A stretch of DNA of 64,000 nucleotides, from positions 564,623 to 628,622 of the forward strand of contig MU006092.1 in the NCBI GenBank assembly GCA_010093705.1, given 5' to 3'. The translations under genes and the position numbers were made by a program. The notes beneath the pieces are model-generated. The model was not told the DNA's origin and did no database searches. It saw nothing but the letters and a program-made list of their open reading frames with translations. The stretch comes from Patellaria atrata CBS 101060 (Eukaryota). Positions 49,803-60,433 of the stretch are shown here, piece after piece (the first letter of the stretch is position 1; every line of letters starts with the position of its first letter).

Positions 49803-50442
49803 ATGCGTTTCGCTGCTACCGTTTTCCTCGCATCAGTCGCCGGCTTCGCCGCCGCGCAGACTTCCACGGCCCCTGCTACTTCCCCTCAAACTACTTCAGA
49901 ATGTCTAGCTCAGAAGTGAGTAGAATCGAGAAACGAGGATAGACAGCGCCATCATACTCACATGTCCCCAGCATCGTCGACGCCTGTCTCGCCGGCCAGC
50001 TCGCCCAAGCCGACACCTGCGAAGCCAACGACTGGATCTGCCTCTGCGAGAAATACACCAACGTCCTGATGTACGTATCCGATCGCTACCCCATCAGAGG
50101 AGAATAGGGACGGGATGCTTACACAGGAAACGATAAAGCTGCTTCGACAACTGCCCCGGCTCCCCCGACCGCTTCGGCTACTCTCAGCAGAAAGTCTCGT
50201 ACTGCAACGCCGCCGCTCCGCTTCTAGCTGCGAGCAGCGCGTCCCGTGCCAGCGCCCGCAGGACCGCTTCTTCGACTATGGAGACAGCGGCTGCTACGAC
50301 GACGGAGAGCGAGGCGAGCGAGACCGCGTCGACTACTGAGAGTGCGGCGGCTGAGACTTCTACCGGCGCTGCGAGCCTGAGCTTGGTCGTTCCGGCTGGT
50401 GGGCTTTTCGCGCTCTTTTTGGGTGTCGTTGGGGCTCTGTAG
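49803..50442 (+). CDS. Small GPI-anchored Cys- and Ser/Thr-rich protein, 3 exons
   Basis: Not in the ORF track. MRFAATVFLASVAGFAAAQ..CLAQN|IVDACL..CEANDWICLCEKYTNVL|CFDNCPGSPDRF..SYCNAA, S/T stalk, hydrophobic tail. Confidence 0.9.
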
Positions 50443-51596
50443 GGGCTCTGTAGGGCTGAGGTGATGGGATATCAGAGCGCCTCGGATGGGTGTAGGGTAC
50501 GGACTTTAGGGGGAGAGAGAGGGGGTATGGAGAAGGAATTGGGGGCGCCCGTGGTAGATATGTTTCAGGCCATTTGGCTGCGTTCAGTATGTAGTGTCTA
50601 ATTGGATCATACCTTAAGCAAGTGCACAGATGTCTCGTAAAGTTTGATATTCTCCGGGCGACAAAACGTGGGCCTTGAGCTGGCTGGACCCGTTGGAGCT
50701 GTGTTGAGGTCCCACCACTAAACTCAAAGACTATAGCGGCTTAAGCTTTTGGTGCTGACGTTTGGGGAATATGATGGTTTTCCGGCGCATATCTATCTTG
50801 GATGGTAGGTGCTGGTCGTCCGAAGGAACCTAAGGAGCGATGGGAGTCCGCTGAGCTGTGACGGAAAGTCGGATAGAGTAGAGTGCTCTGGCTAATAAAG
50901 CATAGCGCATTCGATGCGAGGTTACTCGAGTATTCAGCCAGATGTTTTGAAAACCCGAAACATCTGTCGCCCGAAACAGTGGAGAGACAACAGAAAACGG
51001 GTTGAGATGGAAGTTTTGTGGTTCAGGTTGTCAAACATCCGGATGCCTCGACCACGACGTCGGTTTGGAGGCCTTGAAGGTTTGTTCCAACGAGTGCCGG
51101 TAACCGAATTCCTCTTCCAGCAAGGTCATGACTTTAGCAAAGCTCTACCTTATTAGCTGATTGACAATCTTGCTGCTTAAAGCCCGAATCTACAATTATG
51201 ACGGCGCCTGACAGTTACTCCACCCCCAAAACCAATCTCGAGCTCCCCGATCCTCCCGCCGTCATTGGCCCCTTTGGCCCCCCAAGGCACCTTTTTCCCC
51301 CGCCCAACGTAAAAAGAGGTCAAAAGTGAAAGTCCCGTAGGATTTTGGCAAATCACCATCACGAGCCCAGATCTGGGATTTGCGTCCCTTAGTTTAGATA
51401 GCGGATCGATTGCTTTTAAGCCGATGTCACAGCCATGTCCGGATCCCAACTCTTGGGGAATCCATAGCCGCGATCCTCTGTCATTTCTACCTTAGCTGGC
51501 TTCTGTACCTCTCCGCGCTTTTGCTGTGCGCTGCTTTGCCATCTTTACCTCGAGTCCGTCTTGCGTGATAAGCCCTTCCTGGGAAAGCTATGTATC

Positions 51597-51665
51597 TGAC
51601 GCAGTGAGGAGTGACGCAGTGAGGAGTGACGCAGTGAGGAGTGACGCAGTGAGGAGTGACTCAGT
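51597..51665. repeat. 15-bp minisatellite (TGACGCAGTGAGGAG) x4 ending in TGACTCAGT
   Basis: Four identical units at 51597-51656 and a variant partial unit at 51657-51665. Confidence 0.97.
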
Positions 51666-51780
51666 TCCTGTCCTCTCGAACCTTCAATTGCTGCGCCTAC
51701 AAGGGGCCTGATCCAGCTCGTACACCTCCATTTCATAGCAATGGGCTGGACTTCCACGCCGCCGTACTGCGAAAACTACC

Positions 51781-54543
51781 ATGGAGTCGACTGACGAGGG
51801 TTCCGAGTCGAGACAGGATGTAGTCCTCGCCGTGACAATCGCTTTCTTGGCTTGCTCGACTGTTTTTGTGACTTTGAGACTCATATCACGCTTTGCGATT
51901 GTGCGCAAAGTCAATTGGGACGACTATTTTATGATATTTGCATGGGTAGGTTGAGACCCTGTTCTACGGTGGTGAAAATGATGCTGATATGTCCTCTAGT
52001 TGATATCGTTTGGACTATCTTTTGCCATATGTTATGGGACCTCTAAAGGCCTTGGACGACATCAGTATGATGTTCCGCATGAGTGGAACGCAGCTTTACG
52101 ACGATCTGAATATACATTTTCTGTTCTTTATGTCAGTCCTTTCTCATGTCCTGTCTCCCATTGTTTGACCCCTACTAATTCTCCGCAGAATCCAGCCTTG
52201 ATGGCAACGAAGACATCAATTCTAATCTTCTTTTTGTCATTGTCCAAGTCTCAGAGGATCTTCCGATGGGCCACGTATTCTACCCTCGTCGTCGTCAATG
52301 CGGCCGGGTTCGCCCTGACGATACTCAATATAATCCAATGTAGGCCACTTGGTGCTGCATTCAAAACACCAATCCCAGAATCTGCGACCTGTACAGATAT
52401 AGTTACTTTATACCTTTCCTCCGCCCCTGTCAATATCATTACTGACTTGGCAATCCTAATATTACCGATGCCTATCTTAACTAGTATGAGATTACCGAAG
52501 AAGCAAAAGGCAATCTTAGTAGTCACGTTTGGATTTGGTATCTTTGTAGCAGTGGTGGATGTCGTCCGAATAGCCTATCTCCAACAAGCTGCCGAACTTC
52601 GACTGAGGAACATCCAGGACATATCCTCTAATGGTGACACGAAGAACGCGGAAAGGAACGACTTTTCGTGGTACGCATCCTACACTTTTATGTTTTCCGC
52701 TATTGAGGTACATGTCGGTATTATGTGCGCCTGCGTTCCTGCCATGAAACCGCTATTTTCCAGGTATATGCCTCGACTCATTCGCGATGATAGCGATCCA
52801 GAAACTTCCTTTGGCAGCGCGTTTGGACCCGCAATGGATTCGATCAAAGCTGCTCAACGGAGGTCTCCCCCTGATCTTGACCCGATACCTAGTCCAGAAC
52901 CTACTCGTGGCACCAATACGGAAGACCAGGTAGATATGGTCGATTTTCTAACAACACCCGATATGCAGACTCTACCACCCGTGTTTGACTCGACCCAAAC
53001 ACAAAGGACAAACACGACTAGACTTACTATGACGGAAACACCGACTTTCTTCGATTTCGTTAATGTGAAAAAGAGGAAGAGCATGTTGCAGATGACCAAC
53101 AAGGAATCCTACTTTCCGGTTGCGATGGTAACTATATTATTCTTCGTCTGGGGCTTTGCGTACGGCCTCTTGGATGTTCTCAATTCTCAATTCGTGACAG
53201 TTTCACATATGTCGGTTGGTCAGGCCATCGGAATCCATAGCTCCTACTTTGGAGGGTATCTTGTCGCCTGCTTAACTTTCGGACGACTGGTACTCAAGCA
53301 TTGGGGGTTCAAAGCATGCTATATTGTCGGTCTTTGTGTATACGGATGCGGAACTTTGGTATTTTGGCCTTCTGCGGTTCTCACATCCTTTCCGGCATTC
53401 CTTGTCTCAAACTTCATTGTGGGTATGGGCCTTTCAACGTTGGAAATCTCCGCGAATCTTTTCATTACCTTGTGCGGACCTCCTCAATGGGCTGAGGTAC
53501 GGCTCAACATTTCTCAAGGAATTCAAGCAATCGGGACGGTCGTATCACCGTTGCTTGCACAGAAAGTCCTATTCAAGGCAGATGCATCATCTCTTATCCA
53601 AGTCCAATGGACCTACCTCGGTATATGCTTCTTCACCATCCTGTTAGCCCTGGGATTCTACTACGTCCCCCTCCCAGAAGCCACAGACGACGAATTAGAA
53701 CGCAGCGCAGACCGATGCGACGGGGCAAACACAGCCCGCATTGGTGGTGTCCAGGTGGTCACGATATCACTCGTTCTCGGGGTGATGAGCCAATTCCTCT
53801 ACGTCGGTGGCCAGGAAGCCATTTCCACTTCTTTCTCCGAATATCTCGCCGTCGTGAAGCCATCCATCAACCCCGTTAATCACCAAGCAATCGGCCACTC
53901 CGTCTTCGCTATCAGCCGATTCATCGCCGCCGCCTTGAATCTTTGGTTCCTCCAGCGCCACATCCTCACCTTCTTCTACCTTGGCACCATCGCCTTTGCG
54001 GCCGCAGCGATGAATTTTAAAGGAGATATCCCCGCCGCGATGGTCATTCTGCTGTATTTCTTCGAAGGTCCGATATTCATTCTGGTCTTTGCGATGGCGA
54101 TAAGAGGACTAGGTCGGCGGACGAAGGATGGCAGCGCGTGGCTTACGGCCGCGATAAGCGGTGGTGCGTTTATTCCTCCGATCATGCATGCGGTTAGTGA
54201 GAATAAGGGGGTCCAGTATTCGTACTGTGTTGTTGTGGCGGTTTTTGCGTTTGGTAGTTTACTGCCGTTGTATTATCAGGTGGTGCCGAGGGCGAGGAAG
54301 TTGGTGGATGATCCGCCCTTGGCCGGGGATTGTTATGAGCATGGGATGGAGGAGGATGCAGCAGCTGAGGAGGGAGAGGGTCGGGGTCAGGAGGAAGTGG
54401 AACAAATAAGGGATGAGGATGAAGCGCCCAGGTCGCCGGCGAGTGATAAGAGATTCATGAAGATTGTGCACACCATCTCGAAGAGGAGGAAAGATACGGT
54501 GTCCACAGAGCTAGGGGAGGGGAGTTCTTCCGGGCACAGTTGA
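51781..54543 (+). CDS. Fusion protein: Pth11-like (fungal rhodopsin-domain) 7TM receptor + FucP/glucose-galactose-type MFS transporter
   Basis: Introns 51946-51999 and 52132-52188. N-half: LRLISRF..WDDY, GLGRH, KTSILIFF, QCRP, NIITDLAILILPMP, IEVHVGIMCACVPAMKPL. C-half: FFVWGFAYGLLDVLN, FIVGMGLSTLEISAN, RLNISQGIQAIG, FLYVGGQE, FEGPIF, ISGGA. No stop between the halves. Confidence 0.92.
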
Positions 54544-54982
54544 GTCTTTATTTTTAGCAAGGGAATAGCGTGGTGTTAGGAGTTTATGCATGCGAGGAAA
54601 ATACATGGGACTGGCGGCTTTGTTTGTCTTGCTGTTTATGTGGTGGATGAGATGTACATAGGCTTTGATACCCTGTATGTATGGAAGAAGAGACGCTGTG
54701 GAGTAGAGTGTGAATAGATTATTGCTTCTGACTACTGTACACCAATAAGAATTTATATATTGATGTCTAGCTCAACAGCAAAATACTAATGTCCTTGAGT
54801 CCCCTTTCTAGTAATTTTGGGGTAATCCTATGAGGTCTTGCTAGACCTTACTTCTGTAATTTTATTCTAACCTCAACGCTTGATTCACCTTTCACCGCAA
54901 ATCACACTTAAATTCGGGTCTAGAGGAATCCAACAAAAGAGATGCCAATCATTCTACCGACTCGATTAAAACGAAAAAAAAA

Positions 54983-55350
54983 GGGAGCTGTTATGTTGAC
55001 AACCCCTTCCCCCTAAACAAGTGTCTTCCACTTGCGGGTTATGAACAAACAAACCGTAACTGCTTTCTATATATCCCAGAGATCCGTGACCTAGTGGTGA
55101 GAAATTTCCACCACACTGATCAGACTATAGAACCAACCGGTCCAGAGATGGTCGAACCTGAGAGAGGGGGATAATGCCCTCAAGCAGAAGTACCACACCG
55201 CTCCATGGATCTTGATTCGTGGGGAGCGGGTGGGAACTGTTTTGCTTTTTAAATTCTTATTTTTTTGTTTTTGTTACTTTTTTAAAAAGCTTTTTAGGAA
55301 CTTTTTAGAAAAGGGCGTCAAGGAACGGGGTTGTCAAAATAACAACTCCC
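54983..55350. mobile_element. Probable MITE (non-autonomous DNA transposon), about 368 bp with 24-bp terminal inverted repeats
   Basis: Left GGGAGCTGTTATGTTGACAACCCC (54983-55006), right GGGGTTGTCAAAATAACAACTCCC (55327-55350): 22/24 inverted match. A-rich flanks, no coding capacity. Confidence 0.7.
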
Positions 55351-55963
55351 CCCCCCAAAACAAAAATAAAAAAAAAAAAAAAGTCTTGACGCAAGATATT
55401 TCCATTTTTCTCACCTGGAGTCATTACAAATCAAATATTTCTTCGGTGTTAAACAGTTCTCTTCCACTAAATGAGCGATAATTCTATTTCCCGTTCGAGT
55501 ACTCCATGCGAATTATTTTCTAGTAGTCTGGTAAGTTAAAGTAAAGGTCAGCATGTGCGACGTCCTGGAGATATGGGCTCTAGCAGGCCGTGTATGAGGA
55601 TGTCACGATGACGGATATGTAGGGTTCTATATCTCCGGAGCTTCGTCTACACTCGACTACACTCCTTCCATCATTATTCTCTTGACCAAGGAAGGTGATG
55701 AGGCGGATATACGGCTGAGGGTAGGTTTTGACTGTTTCGGGGATGAGTTGCAATATCCGAGGAAGATATGATTTCTTCATTAGATGACGAAAGTATATAA
55801 AGAAAAGAGCTAGGGCACAAGGTTTAGATATCAGCATCATTATTTCTTTCGTGGTCATTGAGTCTATATAAACATAATCACCGTATCTTCTTACAATACT
55901 GATTGCTATATATCAACCATCGCTGCATCTTTGTCTCTTGAACTTTCGTATATCCACCACGAA

Positions 55964-57192
55964 ATGTCTCCCACACTCCCAACCCGCCGTCTAGGCAAGA
56001 ATGGCCCTTTGGTTCCTGCGATGGGATTAGGCCTCATGGGACTGAGGTACGTGGATCACCCCTTTCCACCCATTCTCCATTCTTCGAGGATTCAAAATAA
56101 TGATTACAGCGCCTTCTATGGGCCTCCGAAACCAGATAATGAGCGCTTCGCCCTCCTGGATGCAGCGTATGACCGTGGAGAGCGATTCTGGGATACTGGT
56201 TCGTATCCTTTCTCCATTCCTCCTTTCCCCTCTCCTTCCCATCCCCCCTATCCCCAACGCTACCACCACTCTTCGAAAGTCCCTAACCAACCCCCCCCCC
56301 CAAAGCCGACATGTACGCCGACTCCGAAGACCTCCTCGGCCGCTACTTCACCGCCCACCCTCAAAAGCGCGCACACATCTTCCTCGCGACAAAATTCGGC
56401 AACAAGCGTGCCCCCGACGGGACCACCAGCATCGACAGCAGTCCCACCTACTGCGTCACCGCCCTCGCCAACTCCCTCAAGCGCCTCAACCTCCCCGCAG
56501 TAGACCTCTACTACGTGCACCGCCTCGACGCCCGCACGCCAGTCGAACACACAATGCGCACCATGGCCCGCCTCCGCGACGAGGGCAAGTTCAAATACAT
56601 AGGCCTGTCCGAATGTTCCGCCGCCTCGCTCCGGCGCGCGAGTAAAGTCGTTCATGTCGATGCCGTGCAGGTCGAATACAGCCCCTTCGCGCTAGACATC
56701 GAGACCGAGCAGACCGGGCTCCTGGCCGCGGCCCGCGACCTCGGTACCGCGATCGTGGCTTACGCGCCCCTGGGACGCGGTATGTTGACCGGGGCACTCC
56801 GCTCGCCGGATGAGTTCGCGCCAGACGATTTCCGCGCTTTCGCGCCGCGGTTCTCGCGAGAGAATTTCCCGAAAAATGCTGTGCTGGCGGAGAAGATTGC
56901 TGATGTCGCAAGGAGGAAGGGGGTTTCGCCCGCGCAACTGGTGCTGGCGTGGGTGATGAAGCAGGGGGAGGATGTGATTCCCATCCCTGGGACGACGGAT
57001 GTGGGGCGCTTGGAGGAGAATCTGGGGGCGCTTTGGGTGGAGGTTACGGAGGGGGAGGAGGAAGAAATTAGGAGGGCGTGTGAGGAGGTTAGCGTTGTGG
57101 GGGAGAGGTATCCGAAGCAGTTTTTAGATGCTTTGTTTGCGGATACGCCTGAGGAAGAGGAGATGAAGAAGAAGAAGGAGGAGGGGGAGTGA
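55964..57192 (+). CDS. Aldo-keto reductase (YakC/pyridoxal-reductase-like), 3 exons
   Basis: LPTRRLGKNGP..MGLGLMGL|SAFYG, FWDT|ADMY, IFLATKFG, DLYYVHR, IGLSE, QVEYSPF, AYAPLGRG, IPIPGT. Confidence 0.95.
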
Positions 57193-57309
57193 ATCTGCAA
57201 TATAGGCAGGTGAAAAACCGTGTGATTTGTAGTGAATAGGGAGAGAATGTAGCTACTTCATTTCCCCCGTTTTCGATGTCTACCCCTGATACCCAACCTA
57301 TCCCCGCAT

Positions 57310-58569
57310 TCACCTCCCAGCGTTCGCACTCGTCAAGACCCCCACCTTCTCCCACGCCCCCTTAACGCTCAAAGCAACAGACTCCCCATAAAGCATCCTC
57401 GCCATCTCCACCGTGACCTTCGCAAACCCCGCAAAATCCACCCTCGACCCGATCTTCCCCCCGGTAAGCGTCTTATACCAAATCTGTCCGGGCTTCTCCC
57501 AGCTATTCCCCCCCAACGCCATAGCAACGAGGTAAAACGCATGATTCGGGATGCCGGAATACAGATGGACGCCGCCGTAATCGTTATCCGCGTCGTCGGG
57601 GAGGGGCCTATACCCCGCCATAGTAGCGGGCTGGGGATCCCTTCCCAGGATCTCATCATCGTACGCCGTCCCCGGGGCCTTGAGACTGCGCAACGCGGCC
57701 CCCCTTCTCGCGACGGGAAATAGCGTCTGACCTAGCAACCAATCCGCGGTGGCCGACGTCTGACGAAAATGCCACTGCTCGGCCATGCACGCGAAAACGT
57801 CGGACACAGACTCGTTCAGGGCCCCGCTCTGCCCGCTGTACTCGAGCCCCGCGGTATACTGCGTGACGGCGTGGGTGAGCTCGTGGGCGACGACGTCGAG
57901 GGAATCGGTGAAGGCGTCGAAGTAGATGCCGTCGCCGTCGCCGAAGATCATGCGCGTGCCGTCCCAGAGCGCGTTGTTGAAGTTGCGCTCGTAGTGCACA
58001 CTGCCGAGGAGCGCGAGGCCGTTGTTGTCGAGGCTGTTGCGCCCGAAGACGCTGAGGTAGAAGTTGTATGTGATGCCGAGGGCGTCGTAGCAGTTGTTGA
58101 TGGAGCGGTCGACGACGCGGGCGGAGCCTTCGCGGCGGGCGAGCGTGCCGGGAAGGGAAGACCGGTTGTTGCAGGTGTAGATTGCGCGGGTTAGGGTCGT
58201 GGTTTTAGTTGCGGCGGCGAGGATGGATTGTTCTTTGCGGGCGTTGCGGACGTCTTCGGCGAGGTGGAGGGCTTCTGTTGCGCGGTCTTTGACGCTTTGA
58301 GGGGCTTTTGGCGCTCTTGCTACGTGGGAGAACACGTGTGGTGGGAGGAATCCCGATGCTGGGTTGATTGGGGAAACGACGGTCTTGCGGAAGGTATGGA
58401 CACCGTGAGCTGCGTTCAATGCTGCTTGAGCTCCAGCGCGGGTATCGTCATGTGCGTTAGGAGCATTGGCAATGTTCACGAGAGTGAAAGGAGCGATGAA
58501 ACCACAAGAACGTCCTGCGTGGCTGCAGGACTGTGAGGGGATTGAGATATCTTCGAAAGAGGTAGACAT
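57310..58569 (-). CDS. Peptidase M4 (thermolysin family), protealysin-like zinc metalloprotease
   Basis: NNALWDG..MIFGDGDG, DVVAHELTH, SGALNESVSD, DYGGVHLYSGIPN. No signal peptide, intronless, likely ATG at 58569. Confidence 0.95.
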   Translation of the reverse strand: MSTSFEDISIPSQSCSHAGRSCGFIAPFTLVNIANAPNAHDDTRAGAQAALNAAHGVHTFRKTVVSPINPASGFLPPHVFSHVARAPKAPQSVKDRATEALHLAEDVRNARKEQSILAAATKTTTLTRAIYTCNNRSSLPGTLARREGSARVVDRSINNCYDALGITYNFYLSVFGRNSLDNNGLALLGSVHYERNFNNALWDGTRMIFGDGDGIYFDAFTDSLDVVAHELTHAVTQYTAGLEYSGQSGALNESVSDVFACMAEQWHFRQTSATADWLLGQTLFPVARRGAALRSLKAPGTAYDDEILGRDPQPATMAGYRPLPDDADNDYGGVHLYSGIPNHAFYLVAMALGGNSWEKPGQIWYKTLTGGKIGSRVDFAGFAKVTVEMARMLYGESVALSVKGAWEKVGVLTSANAGR

Positions 58570-59208
58570 TGGTAGGTGAATGGTAGTGGAAATATGCTCG
58601 TTATACAGATTTAGGTAGGACGAAGGCTGGAAGTATGAATACAATATAGTGATACAGAAGAGTATGGAGATGTGAAGAAGCGATTTTACAGAATTTGAAG
58701 GAATCGACTTGATATAGGAGAGTAGTCCTTCTTCCAATGGCCTTTCTACTACTATCAATATAGTAGAGGTAGGTACTGTACAGCTGACGGACAGCAGGAG
58801 TAGTTCCCTGAACCTGTAATAAAGTCCCTCGAATACAGCGACTCCTGGAAATATGATATGACTTTCTACCTACGTTCTGCCTCAACCTAACAGGTTCGCT
58901 CCTGAAACCCTATAAAAGGTGGAATCTCGATGTGCGGATTGCTCCTGCATATTTGAGTCTTCATCCTATGCCCCGGGAAACTATGTCCTCGACCTCTCGA
59001 GTTTGGGTATATCGCCTGTTGCCCTCCAAAGTAGACCAGAGAGGTAGATCAATCCCAAAATAGAACAAGTCTCCTCCCACCACCTTAGGAGATACCCGTA
59101 GTAGTGTACTTGGAAACGGTGCCTTCGAGAAGAACTGCATCAAAAATATGGATGCAAGTAGACATTATGCCGTAGATAAATTGAATATATCTAATCCGAA
59201 CCTCAACC

Positions 59209-60231
59209 TCAAGATTTCGGTAAGACGGGTGCTCCTTTACAAGGTTTAGGTGGCATATGAAGTGGTTGAAAAGTATCCAATAATACATTGATCAGAAACG
59301 CAGATGTCGTACTAGACAGCCAGTATAGCATGATACCACTTGGAACATTCAGAGTCAACCCTGGAATGCATACTGCAAAGCCTAGCATGCCATTTCTTAT
59401 TACTCTAGCCAGGAATGGTAATTGGTAGTTGGGATCGTTCTTCTGAAGGGCTCGGTGGGAGCCAGTTCCCACCCAAATGGTAAGAAATGTCATTACGCCT
59501 ACGGTTACTGGTAATATAGAAGTTGGATCTGCTTCTATGAGATTCTCAAGCCAAAGGATTTGTTCCGTAGCCAAACCGGGCTCGATCCAAGATTCTTTAA
59601 GTGCTGCTATAGCCGTCTCTGGGTTACCATCGAGATACTGCTGCGCTCTCGGGGATATCTTTTCCGCCATCAAACCCAATAAACTTGACCCACTACCGAT
59701 CATCCGTCTGATCGTCTCTGTCAAGGTAAGGAATATAGGTAATTGAAGAAAGTGAATGTTCGTTCGCCAGAATTGGAACCCCCAGTCTTTAGCCATCTTC
59801 TTTTGCATTTGTCTTCGCATGGTGAGCGCCGCTTTCTTCATTTGCAGAGGCTTATCAGCCAAGGGAGATTTCTTGAGCCTCTCGTTGTAGTTCCGACTCC
59901 TAGCTTGTATGATCGGTTGCGCATCTAACTGGCGCTGTTGCGCAAACCGACTAGGGAGAGTAAGAAAGGGAAGGACAATGAGAGACCGGACTATGACTGC
60001 GCTTAAGGGTAGGATAAAGGCCCAAGAAAGGCCCGAATTGTGTGCGCTATCAAATAGGACCTGGATAGTAGTACACTGAGCATCCAGAAGTTGCGTTGCG
60101 GAGGGGAGATTGGAGCGAGGGGAGACATGAAAGCTGCGATATCTAATTTTTGAACACTTGAAGGGAGTCTGGCGGTAAAAAGGAATACTAGAGTGGAATT
60201 TAAGACAATTATAAGTTCGACTTGAAAACAT
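59209..60231 (-). CDS. cox18: Cox18/Oxa2 mitochondrial inner-membrane insertase
   Basis: Basic N-terminal presequence, HNSGLSWAFILPLSAVIVR, FLQLPIFL..ETIRRM, WLENLIEADP..ILP, PSGIMLYWLSS (YidC/Oxa1 family). Confidence 0.88.
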   Translation of the reverse strand: MFSSRTYNCLKFHSSIPFYRQTPFKCSKIRYRSFHVSPRSNLPSATQLLDAQCTTIQVLFDSAHNSGLSWAFILPLSAVIVRSLIVLPFLTLPSRFAQQRQLDAQPIIQARSRNYNERLKKSPLADKPLQMKKAALTMRRQMQKKMAKDWGFQFWRTNIHFLQLPIFLTLTETIRRMIGSGSSLLGLMAEKISPRAQQYLDGNPETAIAALKESWIEPGLATEQILWLENLIEADPTSILPVTVGVMTFLTIWVGTGSHRALQKNDPNYQLPFLARVIRNGMLGFAVCIPGLTLNVPSGIMLYWLSSTTSAFLINVLLDTFQPLHMPPKPCKGAPVLPKS

Positions 60232-60433
60232 TGGGACAAAAGAAAGTCAACGGGACGCAGATAACGCAGATGTTGTTGGGAATGCTTCCTACACTTTATC
60301 GAATCTGAAGCTGGAGCTCCGCCGGCGGAAGATCTTCGGCAAGCGCGAGTGTTCAAGAAAAAATAGTTCAAAATCACAAAGATTCTTGAACTGATAGCCA
60401 ACTTTCGACCTTACCCAGCCATAACGCAACACA

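Noticed and set aside
58570..58758. Hydrophobic N-terminal extension of the M4 ORF resembling a signal or anchor
   Set aside because: Begins at a non-ATG codon in AT-rich leader sequence; the first ATG is 58569 and the family lacks signal peptides.
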